Source: an uncultured Verrucomicrobiae bacterium
GTDB lineage: Bacteria; Verrucomicrobiota; Verrucomicrobiia; Chthoniobacterales; UBA10450
Assembly: GCA_963735805.1 (NCBI GenBank)
Contig: CAVTMK010000002.1
Coordinates: 1,408,001 to 1,472,000 of the forward strand
DNA length: 64,000 nucleotides
Direction: 5' to 3'
Numbering within the stretch: the first letter of the stretch is position 1; every line of letters starts with the position of its first letter. The position numbers and the translations under genes were made by a program. The notes under the pieces are model-generated. The model saw nothing but the letters and a program-made list of their open reading frames with translations. It was not told the origin of the DNA and did no database searches. This document shows positions 21,744 to 31,976 of the stretch, piece by piece.

Positions 21744-21957
21744 GTTCCTGTCTCCTCGGTGGGAGTATCGCGAAGGTGGACAGGTCGTTATCGAATTCAT
21801 AATATCGCGCCCGCCAATTCGGCAGACGTTAATGCTGTCGTTTCTTCATGCATCCCGACACTCATCGTTGGTGGATGTTAGCAAATTGTCCAAATTCAGG
21901 TAGAGGCAACACCGGAACGTCAGCCACACCAATTTGTGGTAACGTGTTCGCCAGAAG

Positions 21958-23064
21958 ATGAAGTTACTCGACCGATTTGTTAGCCGCGAGCTGGTTGTAA
22001 ACGTGTTGTTCGCCATCGCGGTGCTGAGTCTTGTTCTCGTCGTGGGAAATATTTTCCGCAAGCTTCTTCCTCTCCTGGTGAATCACGACGTGCCAATGGA
22101 ATACCTGATTACTTTCATCGCCTACGTATTGCCATTTTCGCTCATCTTTACCATTCCGTGGGGATTGTTGACCGCGATCCTCCTCGTGTTCGGGCGGCTC
22201 TCTGCAGACAACGAATTGATCGCGCTGCGGGCAAATGGCGTGAGTGTTCCCCGCGTTTGCGTTTCGCTCTGGGGCGTCGCCGTCGCTTGCACTGTGATCT
22301 GTCTCTGGCTCAACGTGCAGGTTGCACCAGCAGCTCAGGAAAAATTGCGGAGCACCATTTTCGATCTCGCAACGCGCAATCCGATGGCGCTCTTTGGCAG
22401 CGACCAGGTGATCGATCAGTTTCCCGGACGCAAGATTTATGTCGGCAAGAAGGAAGGTAACAAGCTCGAGAACATCACGGTGTTCGAGTTGAACCAGAAT
22501 TCATTGCCAGTGAAGGTGACCTATGCGCGCACCGGCATGCTCGAAGCCGATTTAGCGAACAAGCAAATTCTCATGCACCTGTATCAAGCGCGTTACCAGG
22601 AGCGGGATGAAAAGGATCCGACCAATCTGCGAAAAATACGCGATGGGATCAATATGGTGGAAGGCACACTGCCCATCAGTCTCGAAGACCTTTACGAGAA
22701 AGAGAAAAAACGCCCGAGCCGCTCCGCGTTGTCCATCGAACAATTGCTGGAACAATTGAAAAGCGAGGATAAACGCGAGCGCAGCGCCAGTCGCACGGAA
22801 ATCAATAAGCGGTTTTCATTTCCATTTGCGTGTGTTGCGTTCGCAATTATTGGGGTCCCGCTTGGCGTCACGGCGCATCGTCGCGAGACTTCAATCGGGT
22901 TCGCCATGGGTTTGATCGTAGCCACTACGTATTTTCTTTTTGTCATCATCGGCGATACGTTGCGTGGAAATCCGCATGCCCACCCGGAACTGCTCGTCTG
23001 GTTTCCAAATATTCTTTTCATCATACTTGGTTTGTTTTTGTTCCGGCGTCTGGCACGGCAATAG
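21958..23064 (+). CDS. LptF/LptG family LPS export permease
   Basis: FGRLSADNELIALRANGVS, KRFSFPFAC, WFPNI; 6-TM pattern. Confidence 0.9.
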   Translation: MKLLDRFVSRELVVNVLFAIAVLSLVLVVGNIFRKLLPLLVNHDVPMEYLITFIAYVLPFSLIFTIPWGLLTAILLVFGRLSADNELIALRANGVSVPRVCVSLWGVAVACTVICLWLNVQVAPAAQEKLRSTIFDLATRNPMALFGSDQVIDQFPGRKIYVGKKEGNKLENITVFELNQNSLPVKVTYARTGMLEADLANKQILMHLYQARYQERDEKDPTNLRKIRDGINMVEGTLPISLEDLYEKEKKRPSRSALSIEQLLEQLKSEDKRERSASRTEINKRFSFPFACVAFAIIGVPLGVTAHRRETSIGFAMGLIVATTYFLFVIIGDTLRGNPHAHPELLVWFPNILFIILGLFLFRRLARQ

Positions 23065-23186
23065 GGAGTACTCGCGATCGACAGTTGCGCAGTCCGCCCT
23101 TAAACCTTTCTTTCCATTTAGGAGCTCCATGAAAGCGTCGGTTTAGATTGACTATGCCGGTCGTATCGACGCTTGGAACCCGTCCA

Positions 23187-23309
23187 ATGATCGAGCGTTT
23201 ATTCAAACTCTCAGAAAATAAGACCAAGCGGTCGGGATCGCGAAATTACTGGTTGACTTACACACTCGCGTTGGTGCTGCTGTTGTATTTCGTTTTCGTG
23301 CGGAGCTGA
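23187..23309 (+). pseudogene. Collapsed NCS2-family (AzgA/PbuG-type) purine permease remnant, 40 aa
   Basis: MIERLFKLSENKT (typical N-terminus) fused to WLTYTLALVLLLYFVFVRS* (typical last TM helix). Confidence 0.55.
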
Positions 23310-23375
23310 ATGGGCTAGTGCAGCAAACTGAAGGTGGGGCGCCACCCCGGCAGGTTCGAAAGAACGACGGACGCT

Positions 23376-25022
23376 TTATCCAGCGCCGAGCTCAGCCAGG
23401 TCCGGCACTTCCGCAGTACTGCGTCGCTCCCGTCGCCGTTGAAACGCGGGTACTCGCGTTGAAATTCCCTCCCATAGGCAAACGACCACGGCAGCTACCA
23501 CGAGGATGGACGCATACGGTCGCACGTCATCCAGAAAGTTGATGACGCCGACAGTGGCATCGAGCTTTTTGTCGACGAGCATGACGTGGGCAATCATCGC
23601 GGTGCTTGCGATAGATATGACAAAGTGAATCACGCTTAATCTGATGCTCACCCCAAGAGCCACAGCGCTTAAGACGGCGCCCCACATGAGGTAGCGCTCA
23701 TGCATTTGCCCCAGCAACGCGAACATGACCAGCCATGGCAATGCAATCGCCATGAGTCCCCGAGGATCACGGTTGCGCCAGTGGCGAGCCATACCCAACG
23801 CGCATATCGCCAGCGCGCCTAGATACACCAGGCGCAATGTCCACTGCGGCGTTATGGCAATGTACCGCGACCCGAACTCATACGACCAAATTGGCGATTT
23901 CAGCGACAATCCAAAGGAATCGAGCAAAGAGGGCAAATTATAGCAGGAGCTAATGAAGAGAAATGGGTAGTGCTCGCTTCCATAGATAAAACCGATTTGT
24001 AACCATGCGAAGCTGCCATCTGCGAGCACACCGACGACGAACGCAGTCAAGGCAGTAAAACCAGCAATCCATGATCCTGCATACCGCCACCCGCGCGGCA
24101 AAATGATCAAGGAAACCGCGGCAGCAGTGATCGTGACGCTGGCCCACGCCGCCGGACTGCGGAGAAGCCAGGGCGAAACGACCAGAGCGGCCGTCGTAGC
24201 GAACCCCGCGAGAAATCGCAGTGAACAAGTCCATCTCTTTTCCCACAAAGGCCAGAAAACAAAAAAGGGAGCGACGAAGAGCAACTGACCTTTGAACATC
24301 GCACCGGCAGCCAGCAGGCAACCACATAAAAACCAGCGGTTCTTCAGCGCTGCCAGCACAGCAAACAGATAAAACGGCAGGATCCATACGTCCCATTGTG
24401 GCCAGCCGTGAGCGTCGAGAATCATGGACGGCTCGAACCACGCCACGCTTGCTGCGGCGAGGCCGCAGATTAAAGCGCGATGTTGCCGCGGCAAGTTCCG
24501 AAGCAAAAAGGACTGACTTACCGCTGATTGTCGCTCCAGACACAAGCGAACCAGGAGGAAGATGGCTATCGCGGAAAGCAGTTCGCATAAAAGATTAATC
24601 TTTAGCAATGGGTTCACCAGCTTGGGGTGTCCGTCATCAACGCCGGGAAATTGGTTGCGCACCTGTTTCGCCCAGATTGCCATGACCAGAAGTCGCAGCG
24701 GTGGGTAGTCGAGACGATAATCGTTCTTGTACGACTTCTGTTTGACCCGATCGTAAAGAGAGAAATAGCCGCGGCAGAACCCTTTCAATGAATTCGCAGA
24801 AGCTTCATCAGGTGATAACCGGCGAGCTTCTTTTAGAACCTCGGTGCCCCAGTAAAAAGCATTGACGATGTCGTGCTGGTAGCGCACGTGCCGGGTTTTG
24901 TCCCCGGTCCAACGGCGGAGCTGAACTCCTCCGAGGAAAAGCGCTATGACAAGAAGCGAAAGCGATGTCCACCGGACCAATTTAGTGGCGTAAATTTGGC
25001 TAAGCAGCGCGCGAATTCCCAT
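23376..25022 (-). CDS. Multi-pass membrane GT-C-type glycosyltransferase-like protein
   Basis: DYPPL, WPQWD, K.Q and MHERY motifs; many TM segments. Confidence 0.65.
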   Translation of the reverse strand: MGIRALLSQIYATKLVRWTSLSLLVIALFLGGVQLRRWTGDKTRHVRYQHDIVNAFYWGTEVLKEARRLSPDEASANSLKGFCRGYFSLYDRVKQKSYKNDYRLDYPPLRLLVMAIWAKQVRNQFPGVDDGHPKLVNPLLKINLLCELLSAIAIFLLVRLCLERQSAVSQSFLLRNLPRQHRALICGLAAASVAWFEPSMILDAHGWPQWDVWILPFYLFAVLAALKNRWFLCGCLLAAGAMFKGQLLFVAPFFVFWPLWEKRWTCSLRFLAGFATTAALVVSPWLLRSPAAWASVTITAAAVSLIILPRGWRYAGSWIAGFTALTAFVVGVLADGSFAWLQIGFIYGSEHYPFLFISSCYNLPSLLDSFGLSLKSPIWSYEFGSRYIAITPQWTLRLVYLGALAICALGMARHWRNRDPRGLMAIALPWLVMFALLGQMHERYLMWGAVLSAVALGVSIRLSVIHFVISIASTAMIAHVMLVDKKLDATVGVINFLDDVRPYASILVVAAVVVCLWEGISTRVPAFQRRRERRSTAEVPDLAELGAG

Positions 25023-25152
25023 GCGATACCCTGAATAAAGACAGCGATTCGATTTGAACGGTTACGACTCTTCTGTTGGAAATGTGTTCTACCTATTCCC
25101 TTGGGGCTTCACCTGTAGCCGCATGAACGCCTCCATTCAAGTCGGGTAGAAT

Positions 25153-25227
25153 TGGCTCCAGCGGTAGGATTCGAACCTACGACCAATCGGTTAACAGCCG
25201 ACCGCTCTACCACTGAGCTACGCTGGA
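25153..25227 (-). tRNA. tRNA-Asn(GTT)
   Basis: TCCAGCGTAGCTCAGTGGTAGAGCGGTCGGCT-GTT-AACCGA...GTTCGAATCC...CCA cloverleaf, 75 nt. Confidence 0.97.
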
Positions 25228-25314
25228 TCAAATTTCTTGGCCGAACTGCGGCCATACAGATTGCCCAGAGAATCACGAGCGGCAAGTTGGTTTCCCAAAT
25301 CTTCGACATTGATT

Positions 25315-25370
25315 TGGTTGCGGGGGGCGGAATTTGAACCCGCGGTCCCGCAGACGCGGGATTATGAGCC
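25315..25370 (-). repeat. Duplicated 3' half of tRNA-fMet with an inserted 16-nt hairpin
   Basis: GGCTCATAA-[TCCCGCGTCTGCGGGA]-CCGCGGGTTCAAATTCCGCCCCCCGCAACCA versus tRNA GGCTCATAA-CCTGAAGG-CCGCGGGTTCAAATCCCGCCCCCGCAACCA. Confidence 0.9.
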
Positions 25371-25619
25371 GGACCGTGACTGGCCAATCATTCTATAGAA
25401 CCCATCGCCTCCTTTTTGTCTTTTGAGCAAACGTTCAAGTTTCCCAGCGTTTGAGAGACTCATCTCCTCGCTTTGCCATATTAATCTCCAAGGTCCCTTC
25501 CCACGGGTCCAATTGGATTCACCAACATTGTGCTGATTGATTCTGCGCCCAATATCACCCGACAAGCCGATGTAGAATTTTCCGTCGCGGTTGCAGATAA
25601 CATAAACGCGATAAAGCAC
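25362..25619 (-). CDS. Small GIY-YIG nuclease (Slx1-like), 85 aa
   Basis: YRVYVI..DGKFYIG.S.DIGRRINQHN.G...WT...GPW...LERLLKRQK; GTG start inferred. Confidence 0.88.
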   Translation of the reverse strand: MLYRVYVICNRDGKFYIGLSGDIGRRINQHNVGESNWTRGKGPWRLIWQSEEMSLSNAGKLERLLKRQKGGDGFYRMIGQSRSGS

Positions 25620-25639
25620 CGCCGTCGGTGGGAAAAAAT

Positions 25640-25716
25640 TGGTTGCGGGGGCGGGATTTGAACCCGCGGCCTTCAGGTTATGAGCCTGACGAGCTACCAG
25701 GCTGCTCCACCCCGCG
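25640..25716 (-). tRNA. Initiator tRNA-fMet(CAT)
   Basis: CGCGGGGTGGAGCAGCCTGGTAGCTCGTCAGGCT-CAT-AACCTGA...GCAACCA; C1:A72 mismatch. Confidence 0.97.
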
Positions 25717-25721
25717 TTTCG

Positions 25722-25749
25722 AGAATAGTTCAATGTCGATTTAGCGCAA
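25722..25749 (-). promoter_or_regulatory. Putative sigma70 promoter of tRNA-fMet
   Basis: TTGCGC-N16-TATTCT ending 5 nt before the tRNA. Confidence 0.4.
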
Positions 25750-25834
25750 ATCGAAAAAACGGTTCTTCGTCTGAAGCCGGCCGAAAAAGATCAATCTTGT
25801 TTGCGCGTGTCATAGGGTGTGACTTTGTTGACGC

Positions 25835-26779
25835 GTGACGAGACGATCCGCGGTCAAAAACGTAGCAGGAAGAATTCTTGTTGGCACAGCGAGTTGGTCC
25901 GATCCCGGCTTTGTCGAGCGGTGGTATCCAAAAAAGATGCCCGCTGGCGAGCGGCTTCCATGGTACGCGCAACACTTCGAAATGGTCGAGGTGAACTCCA
26001 CTTTTTATTCCGTGCCCGAATCGAGAATGGTTCAGCGCTGGTGCGCGGCAACGCCTGATGATTTCACCTTCGATGTAAAGTTGCATCAATTGTTCTCATT
26101 TCACTCAACACCGGCAAAGCTGTTGCCGCCGGATTTACAAAAACGCGCAGACACAGATGCCAGAGGAAAAGTGACATCGACGCCGGATCTACAGGAAGCG
26201 TTGCTCCAAATTTTTCTGCGCTCCATGTCGATTTTTCGCGAGGCCGGGAAGCTCGGCGTCTTCCTTTTGCAACTCTCGCCGACGTTTTCTCCGCGGAAAC
26301 ATGAACTGGACGAGCTCGATCGACTGATCGAAATGCTGAGTGATTACGATCTTGCGATTGAGTTTCGAAACCGCAATTGGGCGGTCGGCGATCAGTTGGA
26401 ATCAACGGTTAATTTTTTGCGAAAGCATCACGCAATTTTTGTGAACGTGGATGCGCCTCCCTCCGACCATTTTATGGTCATGCCGTCAGATGTGGATGCA
26501 GTGACGAACCCGAAAGTCGCATACCTTCGGCTGCATGGACGCAACGCAAAGGGTTACGTCACCGGCAAAACTGTGGCCGCGCGTTTCGACTACGATTACA
26601 GCGATGATGAGATTGCGGAAATGGCGGACCGAAGCACGAAGCTGGCGCGAGAAGCCCGCGAGGTGCACGTGATTTTTAACAACAATAATCTCGATTACGC
26701 ACCGCACGCAGCGCTTCGTTTGCGCAGGGTCCTCGGTCAAATTGCCAAGATACCCCCACGGACACTAGAGTTGTTCTAG
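25835..26779 (+). CDS. DUF72 family protein
   Basis: VGTASW, VEVNSTFY, IEFRN..W, YLRLHGRN, VIFNNN. Confidence 0.9.
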   Translation: MTRRSAVKNVAGRILVGTASWSDPGFVERWYPKKMPAGERLPWYAQHFEMVEVNSTFYSVPESRMVQRWCAATPDDFTFDVKLHQLFSFHSTPAKLLPPDLQKRADTDARGKVTSTPDLQEALLQIFLRSMSIFREAGKLGVFLLQLSPTFSPRKHELDELDRLIEMLSDYDLAIEFRNRNWAVGDQLESTVNFLRKHHAIFVNVDAPPSDHFMVMPSDVDAVTNPKVAYLRLHGRNAKGYVTGKTVAARFDYDYSDDEIAEMADRSTKLAREAREVHVIFNNNNLDYAPHAALRLRRVLGQIAKIPPRTLELF

Positions 26780-26794
26780 ACTAGGATTCACTTC

Positions 26795-27331
26795 GTGCAG
26801 GATCGAGATCTCTCCGCTACACCAAACTACGGTCCTGGCTTGCCCCGGTCGCTGGGCCACCTGAAACAATGGCTTTCCAAACGTCACATGACATTGATGG
26901 CCATTGCAGATACGCCGCACTCCATCGCTCTCGGATCGGCGATCGGAATTTTTTTTGGCTTCACCCCGTTATATCCGCTCAAGACGCTGTTGTCCATTGC
27001 GGTGGCGTGGGTTTGCCGATGCAATAAAATCGCAGCGGCGATCGCGGTAACCCTGCACGATGTGCTGATTTGGGCCATGCCTGCGCTTTACCTGGCCGAG
27101 TATCAATTGGGCTGCTGGAGTTTGCGCTGGCCGTTAGCTCACCGCGTCCACTTTCGACAATTTGGATTGCGCGATTACATGCACTGGCATGTATTTTCAC
27201 GCGTCGTCTGGCCCACCTTCTGGCCCGCGTTTGTTGGCTCCCTGTTTCTGGCGGTCCCTTCGGCGATCATTGTCTACGTTGTAATGCGGTTATTGGTAAG
27301 TCGCGCGCGGGCGCCACAAAAGACCGCGTGA
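26795..27331 (+). CDS. DUF2062 family membrane protein
   Basis: DTPHSIALGSAIGIFFGFTP. Confidence 0.8.
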   Translation: MQDRDLSATPNYGPGLPRSLGHLKQWLSKRHMTLMAIADTPHSIALGSAIGIFFGFTPLYPLKTLLSIAVAWVCRCNKIAAAIAVTLHDVLIWAMPALYLAEYQLGCWSLRWPLAHRVHFRQFGLRDYMHWHVFSRVVWPTFWPAFVGSLFLAVPSAIIVYVVMRLLVSRARAPQKTA

Positions 27332-27476
27332 GTGCGGTGGAACGGTGGTCCGTTTGTCTTTGGCGATTCTTAGGGCATCGGTCCGAGCCGAACTGGCATT
27401 TTCACGAGAAGCCAATCCAGCGAACCGTTTGCCAATCAGAGTGCGCCGATTAAGGTGCTCCGGTTCGAAGGTATTT

Positions 27477-28430
27477 ATGCATTTATCACGTCGATTCCTC
27501 ATCGTTTCTTCTGCCTTTGTCGTCAGCGCGGCGCTTCTTCGCTCGGCTGCTGGCGCGGAGGCGTATCTCATTGCCGATGCGCAAACGGGCTACATTTTGG
27601 AAGAACAGGATGCGCGGAAAAAACTGCAAGTGGGTAGTCTGACAAAGATCGCGACTGCGAGTGTCGTGCTCGATTGGGCAGAGCGAAGATCGGGCGATCT
27701 CAATCAGCCAGTCACGATCCCGCAAGAGGCGTTTGTCGGTACCCTTGAAAACAACATCGGTTTTCAACCGGGGGACACCATTACGCTGCGCGATTTACTC
27801 TATGCGGCACTCGTCCAGTCCGACAACATTGCAGCCTACACGCTGGCGTATCAGGTCGGCTCCAAGATTGAGTCGCTTCTGCCTGGCGAAGCGAGCCCAA
27901 AATACACGCCAGTTGACGCATTTGTCGCCCAGATGAATGCCTTGGCCAAGCAGTTGAAGATGGACCGCACGCGTTTTGTCAATCCGCATGGAGTTGATTA
28001 CAAGGTCAAGCCGCTGCCGTATGCGACAGCAGAAGATATGGGACGTCTGACTCGCTACGCGATGAACAAAGCCAGCTTCCGCTTTTACGTGTCGCAAAAA
28101 GAACGGCAAATCTCGTTCGACCGGGCCGGACATCGAATGAATTACATTCTTCGCAACACAAACGAACTGCTTGGAAAGATGGGCATTGATGGAGTCAAAA
28201 CCGGTCGCACTGCGCGGTCCGGTGATTGTTTGATCCTGTATGCCAATCGTCAGGCGGAAGTTGTTCGCCAAGGCCAGATGGAAACTGTCTATCCGCGTCA
28301 TCTGATGGTCGTACTGCTGGGCAGCACGAATCGATTTGGCGAAGGGACAGCGCTATTGCAACGTGGCTGGCAGCTTTACGATCAATGGGCGGCCGGTGGC
28401 CGAACGGCTGATTCGAAGAAGATGCTGTGA
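27477..28430 (+). CDS. D-alanyl-D-alanine carboxypeptidase family (peptidase S11)
   Basis: SLTK, SDN, FVNPHG and KTG motifs. Confidence 0.9.
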   Translation: MHLSRRFLIVSSAFVVSAALLRSAAGAEAYLIADAQTGYILEEQDARKKLQVGSLTKIATASVVLDWAERRSGDLNQPVTIPQEAFVGTLENNIGFQPGDTITLRDLLYAALVQSDNIAAYTLAYQVGSKIESLLPGEASPKYTPVDAFVAQMNALAKQLKMDRTRFVNPHGVDYKVKPLPYATAEDMGRLTRYAMNKASFRFYVSQKERQISFDRAGHRMNYILRNTNELLGKMGIDGVKTGRTARSGDCLILYANRQAEVVRQGQMETVYPRHLMVVLLGSTNRFGEGTALLQRGWQLYDQWAAGGRTADSKKML

Positions 28431-28446
28431 TCCCCTGATTGCAAAA

Positions 28447-29523
28447 ATGAAGCCGCGCATTGGTGTTTTAACCAGCGGTGGCGATTGCCCGGGACTTAAT
28501 GCGGTCCTGCGCGGTGTTGTGCTTGCGGCGGAGAAACTCGGCTGGGAAGTAGTTGGTTTTCGGGACGGATTTGAAGGACTTCTCCCACCCGGTAGTCATG
28601 TCATTCTCGATCGCCAAAGCATCAACGGAATCATGGCCTTGGGCGGCACAATTATTGGAACAACAAATCGCGGTCATTTTGCTGCCAAAGTCGGTGCTGG
28701 GGACCGGACCGTTGTGCCTGCCAAGGTTATTGCAGGGGCCAGGAAAATCCTGGAGGAGCTTCAGGTAAAGGCGTTGATCATCGTTGGCGGTGATGGCTCG
28801 TTGGTAACAGCACAGCAACTGCAGGAAGCGGGCATTAATTGCATTGGCGTTCCGAAGACGATCGACAACGATCTCGAAGCCACAGCGACGACATTCGGAT
28901 TCGATTCAGCTGTGGCTGTCGTAATGGACGCGCTTGATCGAGTACATACGACGGCGACCAGCCATAGGCGAGTCATGGTGGTCGAAGTAATGGGACGCCA
29001 TGCGGGCTGGATCGCCTTGCACGGGGGCATCGCCGGTGGTGCCGACATTATCTTGATTCCGGAAATTCCGTTTGATTACGACAAAATTGCGAGGGTGGTC
29101 AAAGCACGCGAAGCGGCTGGCTACCTGGGCACCGTTGTCGTGGTCGCAGAAGGCGCGCGACCAAAACATGGCGAACAGATCAAGCGCGACGTCGTAGGAG
29201 GCGAATTTCGTCTCGGCGGAATCGGTGAAATCGTCGCGCACGAAATTGCGAAGCGCACCGGCAAAGAAACGCGTTGCTGCGTCCTTGGGCATTTGCAGCG
29301 CGGGGGCGCGCCAACGACGCTCGATCGAATTTTGGGAACGCGTTTCGGTGTCAAGGCCGTCCAACTGGCCTATGAAGGACATTTTGGTTCGATGGTCAGC
29401 TACCAAAACTATCAGGTGCGTCAGGTGCCGATCGCGGAAGCGGTTAATCGCCTCAAGCTTGTTCCGCGCAATGGCGAAATGGCGCAGACCGCGCGCGACG
29501 TGGACATTTCCTTCGGCGACTGA
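28447..29523 (+). CDS. pfkA: 6-phosphofructokinase
   Basis: TSGGDCPGLN, GGDG, PKTIDND, MGRHAG, LGHLQRGG. Confidence 0.93.
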   Translation: MKPRIGVLTSGGDCPGLNAVLRGVVLAAEKLGWEVVGFRDGFEGLLPPGSHVILDRQSINGIMALGGTIIGTTNRGHFAAKVGAGDRTVVPAKVIAGARKILEELQVKALIIVGGDGSLVTAQQLQEAGINCIGVPKTIDNDLEATATTFGFDSAVAVVMDALDRVHTTATSHRRVMVVEVMGRHAGWIALHGGIAGGADIILIPEIPFDYDKIARVVKAREAAGYLGTVVVVAEGARPKHGEQIKRDVVGGEFRLGGIGEIVAHEIAKRTGKETRCCVLGHLQRGGAPTTLDRILGTRFGVKAVQLAYEGHFGSMVSYQNYQVRQVPIAEAVNRLKLVPRNGEMAQTARDVDISFGD

Positions 29524-29583
29524 GAATCGTCATCGCACGCCAGGTGCGACATCAACTCGAGTAGGATAGTATAAAGCTGGTCC

Positions 29584-30522
29584 ATGACGGAAAGTGCTGC
29601 CAGCGCCCAAAGCACCGATTCGGTGCTGATGATCCGACCACGCCGGTTTTCTCCCAATCCGGAAACGGCGGCAGATAATGCGTTTCAACGTGACGCCAAC
29701 CGGAATTTGGATGCGTTGATGGTGGCCGCGAGAAACGAATTCGACGCATCTGTGCAAACGCTGCGTGCAGCCGGGGTGAATGTGCATGTCTTTGAAGATA
29801 CACCTGAGCCGGAAAAGCCAGACGCCGTTTTCCCCAACAACTGGATCTCGACGCATCACGATGGGCGGATCGCCCTCTTCCCGATGTATTCAAATCTGCG
29901 GCGCCGCGAGCGACGGCAGGATATCGTCACTGGACTGCGTAATTACTATCGGGTCACCGAGGTGATCGATTACTCGATGTTCGAGGATGAAGATTGCTAT
30001 CTGGAAGGCACAGGCAGTCTCGTGCTCGATCACCTTAACAAGCTTGCGTATGTCTCGCTCTCAAGGCGTTCCGATCCCAAAGTGATCCACCGCTTTGCCA
30101 ATGATTTCAGCTACGAGCCGGTCACCTTCACCAGCATCGGCTCCGACGGCCAGTCGATCTATCACACCAACGTGATGATGTGCGTCGGAACGGTCTTCGC
30201 GATGGTTGGTCTGGAGGTGATTCGAAACAAAGCCGAGCGGCAACAGTTGCGTGCGCACTTGGAGAGGACCGGAAAGGAGATCGTTGAGTTATCGGCAGCT
30301 CAGATCGCGAACTTCGCCGGCAATGCCATTGAACTACAGAACAGACACGGCGAGAAACTGCTTGTGCTTTCCAGCCGCGCAGCTGGAGCATTGACCAGAG
30401 AACAACGCGAAGGATTAGCCCGGTTCGGGAAGCTCGTGCAGCTTGAACTACCTACGATTGAACTTGGTGGCGGGAGCGCACGCTGCATGATGGCGACGAT
30501 TCACCTGCCGCCGCGGTTATAG
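29584..30522 (+). CDS. Amidinotransferase/arginine-deiminase superfamily protein (CtlX-like)
   Basis: NPETAADNAFQ, PDAVFPNNW, LEGTGS, YHTNVMM, GGGSARCM. Confidence 0.88.
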   Translation: MTESAASAQSTDSVLMIRPRRFSPNPETAADNAFQRDANRNLDALMVAARNEFDASVQTLRAAGVNVHVFEDTPEPEKPDAVFPNNWISTHHDGRIALFPMYSNLRRRERRQDIVTGLRNYYRVTEVIDYSMFEDEDCYLEGTGSLVLDHLNKLAYVSLSRRSDPKVIHRFANDFSYEPVTFTSIGSDGQSIYHTNVMMCVGTVFAMVGLEVIRNKAERQQLRAHLERTGKEIVELSAAQIANFAGNAIELQNRHGEKLLVLSSRAAGALTREQREGLARFGKLVQLELPTIELGGGSARCMMATIHLPPRL

Positions 30523-30817
30523 CGGTGCTGCATGAATGCAGTCGACCGACGCTTTCACTCCGAAATAAATCCAGCTCGTTTTCAACGACTTTTGGTTTTT
30601 ACGCGAACGCGAAGCGCTCCAGATGCTGATCGTGGAAACCCAACGCGATATGAGCGGACTGGTTACGCTAAACTCGACAAAGGCAACGTCATCGTCGCCG
30701 GCCGCAACGTGTTCTTCCTGTACAGGTGGAAACTGGGCCTGGCGCATCCTTGCGACGGTTGATTGTCGATCTTATATTTAGAAGACGCGCTGAGCGCGAG
30801 AGAATTAGGAGATCATT

Positions 30818-31957
30818 ATGCCAACGACGATTGCTGCTCCAAGAGCTAAAAAAACACCTGTAGTTGAAGAAGATTTTTTGCCACTGCACGGCACTGATTA
30901 CGTCGAGTTTTATGTCGGCAATGCCAAACAGGCGGCGCATTTCTACAAGACGGCATTCGGTTTTCAAAGCCTTGCCTATTCCGGTCCGGAAACGGGAATA
31001 AAGGAACGAGCAAGCTATGCGATTCGCCAGAACAAATTGACGCTTGTTCTGACAACTCCGATGCGGCCGAATCACGCGATCGCCGATCATATCCATAAAC
31101 ACGGTGACGGCGTGAAAGTTCTTGCACTTACTGTGGAAGACGCAACCTCAGCGTGGGAGGAGACAACGAAACGCGGAGGCAAGAGTTATATGAAGCCGAC
31201 GACGCTCTCGGATGAACATGGGGAGTTGGTGATGAGTGGAATTCACACGTACGGCGAGGTGGTTCATCTGTTCGTCGAACGTCAGAATTATCATGGCCCG
31301 TTCATGCCCGGTTTTCGAAAGTGGGAATCGAATTACAATCCGCCGCAGACCGGATTGCAATATGTCGATCATTGCGTTGGCAACGTTGCGTTGGGCCAGA
31401 TGAATCCGTGGGTAAAATTTTATGAGGACGTGATGGGGTTCCGGAATATCCTTAGCTTTGACGACAAGGATATCTCCACCGAATACTCGGCGCTCATGAG
31501 CAAAGTGATGAGCAACGGCAATGGTTTCGTAAAGTTTCCGATAAACGAACCCGCTGAAGGTAAAAAGAAATCGCAGGTGGATGAGTATCTGGACTTTTAC
31601 AATGGTGAAGGCGTGCAACACGTCGCCATGGCGACTAAAAACATCATCGAGACAGTTACGGATCTACAAAAGCGCGGCGTTGAATTTCTGAAGATACCTT
31701 CCAACTATTACGCCACGCTGCTCGATCGGGTTGGTCACATCGACGAAGAACTGAACGCATTGAAGCGATTGGGCATCCTGGTCGATCGCGATGATGAAGG
31801 TTACCTGCTTCAGATATTCACCAAGCCAGTAGAAGACCGGCCGACACTGTTTTTCGAAATTATCCAGCGCAAAGGAGCGAAGAGTTTTGGCAAGGGGAAT
31901 TTCAAGGCACTCTTTGAAGCCATCGAACGCGAACAGGCGGCGAGAGGTAATTTGTAA
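30818..31957 (+). CDS. hppD: 4-hydroxyphenylpyruvate dioxygenase
   Basis: VDHCVGN, GVQHVA, LLQIFTKP, FFEIIQRKG..SFGKGNFKALFEAIE. Confidence 0.96.
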   Translation: MPTTIAAPRAKKTPVVEEDFLPLHGTDYVEFYVGNAKQAAHFYKTAFGFQSLAYSGPETGIKERASYAIRQNKLTLVLTTPMRPNHAIADHIHKHGDGVKVLALTVEDATSAWEETTKRGGKSYMKPTTLSDEHGELVMSGIHTYGEVVHLFVERQNYHGPFMPGFRKWESNYNPPQTGLQYVDHCVGNVALGQMNPWVKFYEDVMGFRNILSFDDKDISTEYSALMSKVMSNGNGFVKFPINEPAEGKKKSQVDEYLDFYNGEGVQHVAMATKNIIETVTDLQKRGVEFLKIPSNYYATLLDRVGHIDEELNALKRLGILVDRDDEGYLLQIFTKPVEDRPTLFFEIIQRKGAKSFGKGNFKALFEAIEREQAARGNL

Positions 31958-31976
31958 AAAGGGAGAGGAATCCACA

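Noticed and set aside
25620..25733. N-terminal extension of the GIY-YIG ORF, and ORFs 25109..25387 and 25152..25337
   Set aside because: These are translations of tRNA sequence
30532..30762. Short ORF between the amidinotransferase and hppD
   Set aside because: No recognisable motif; possibly a decayed fragment, cannot be supported
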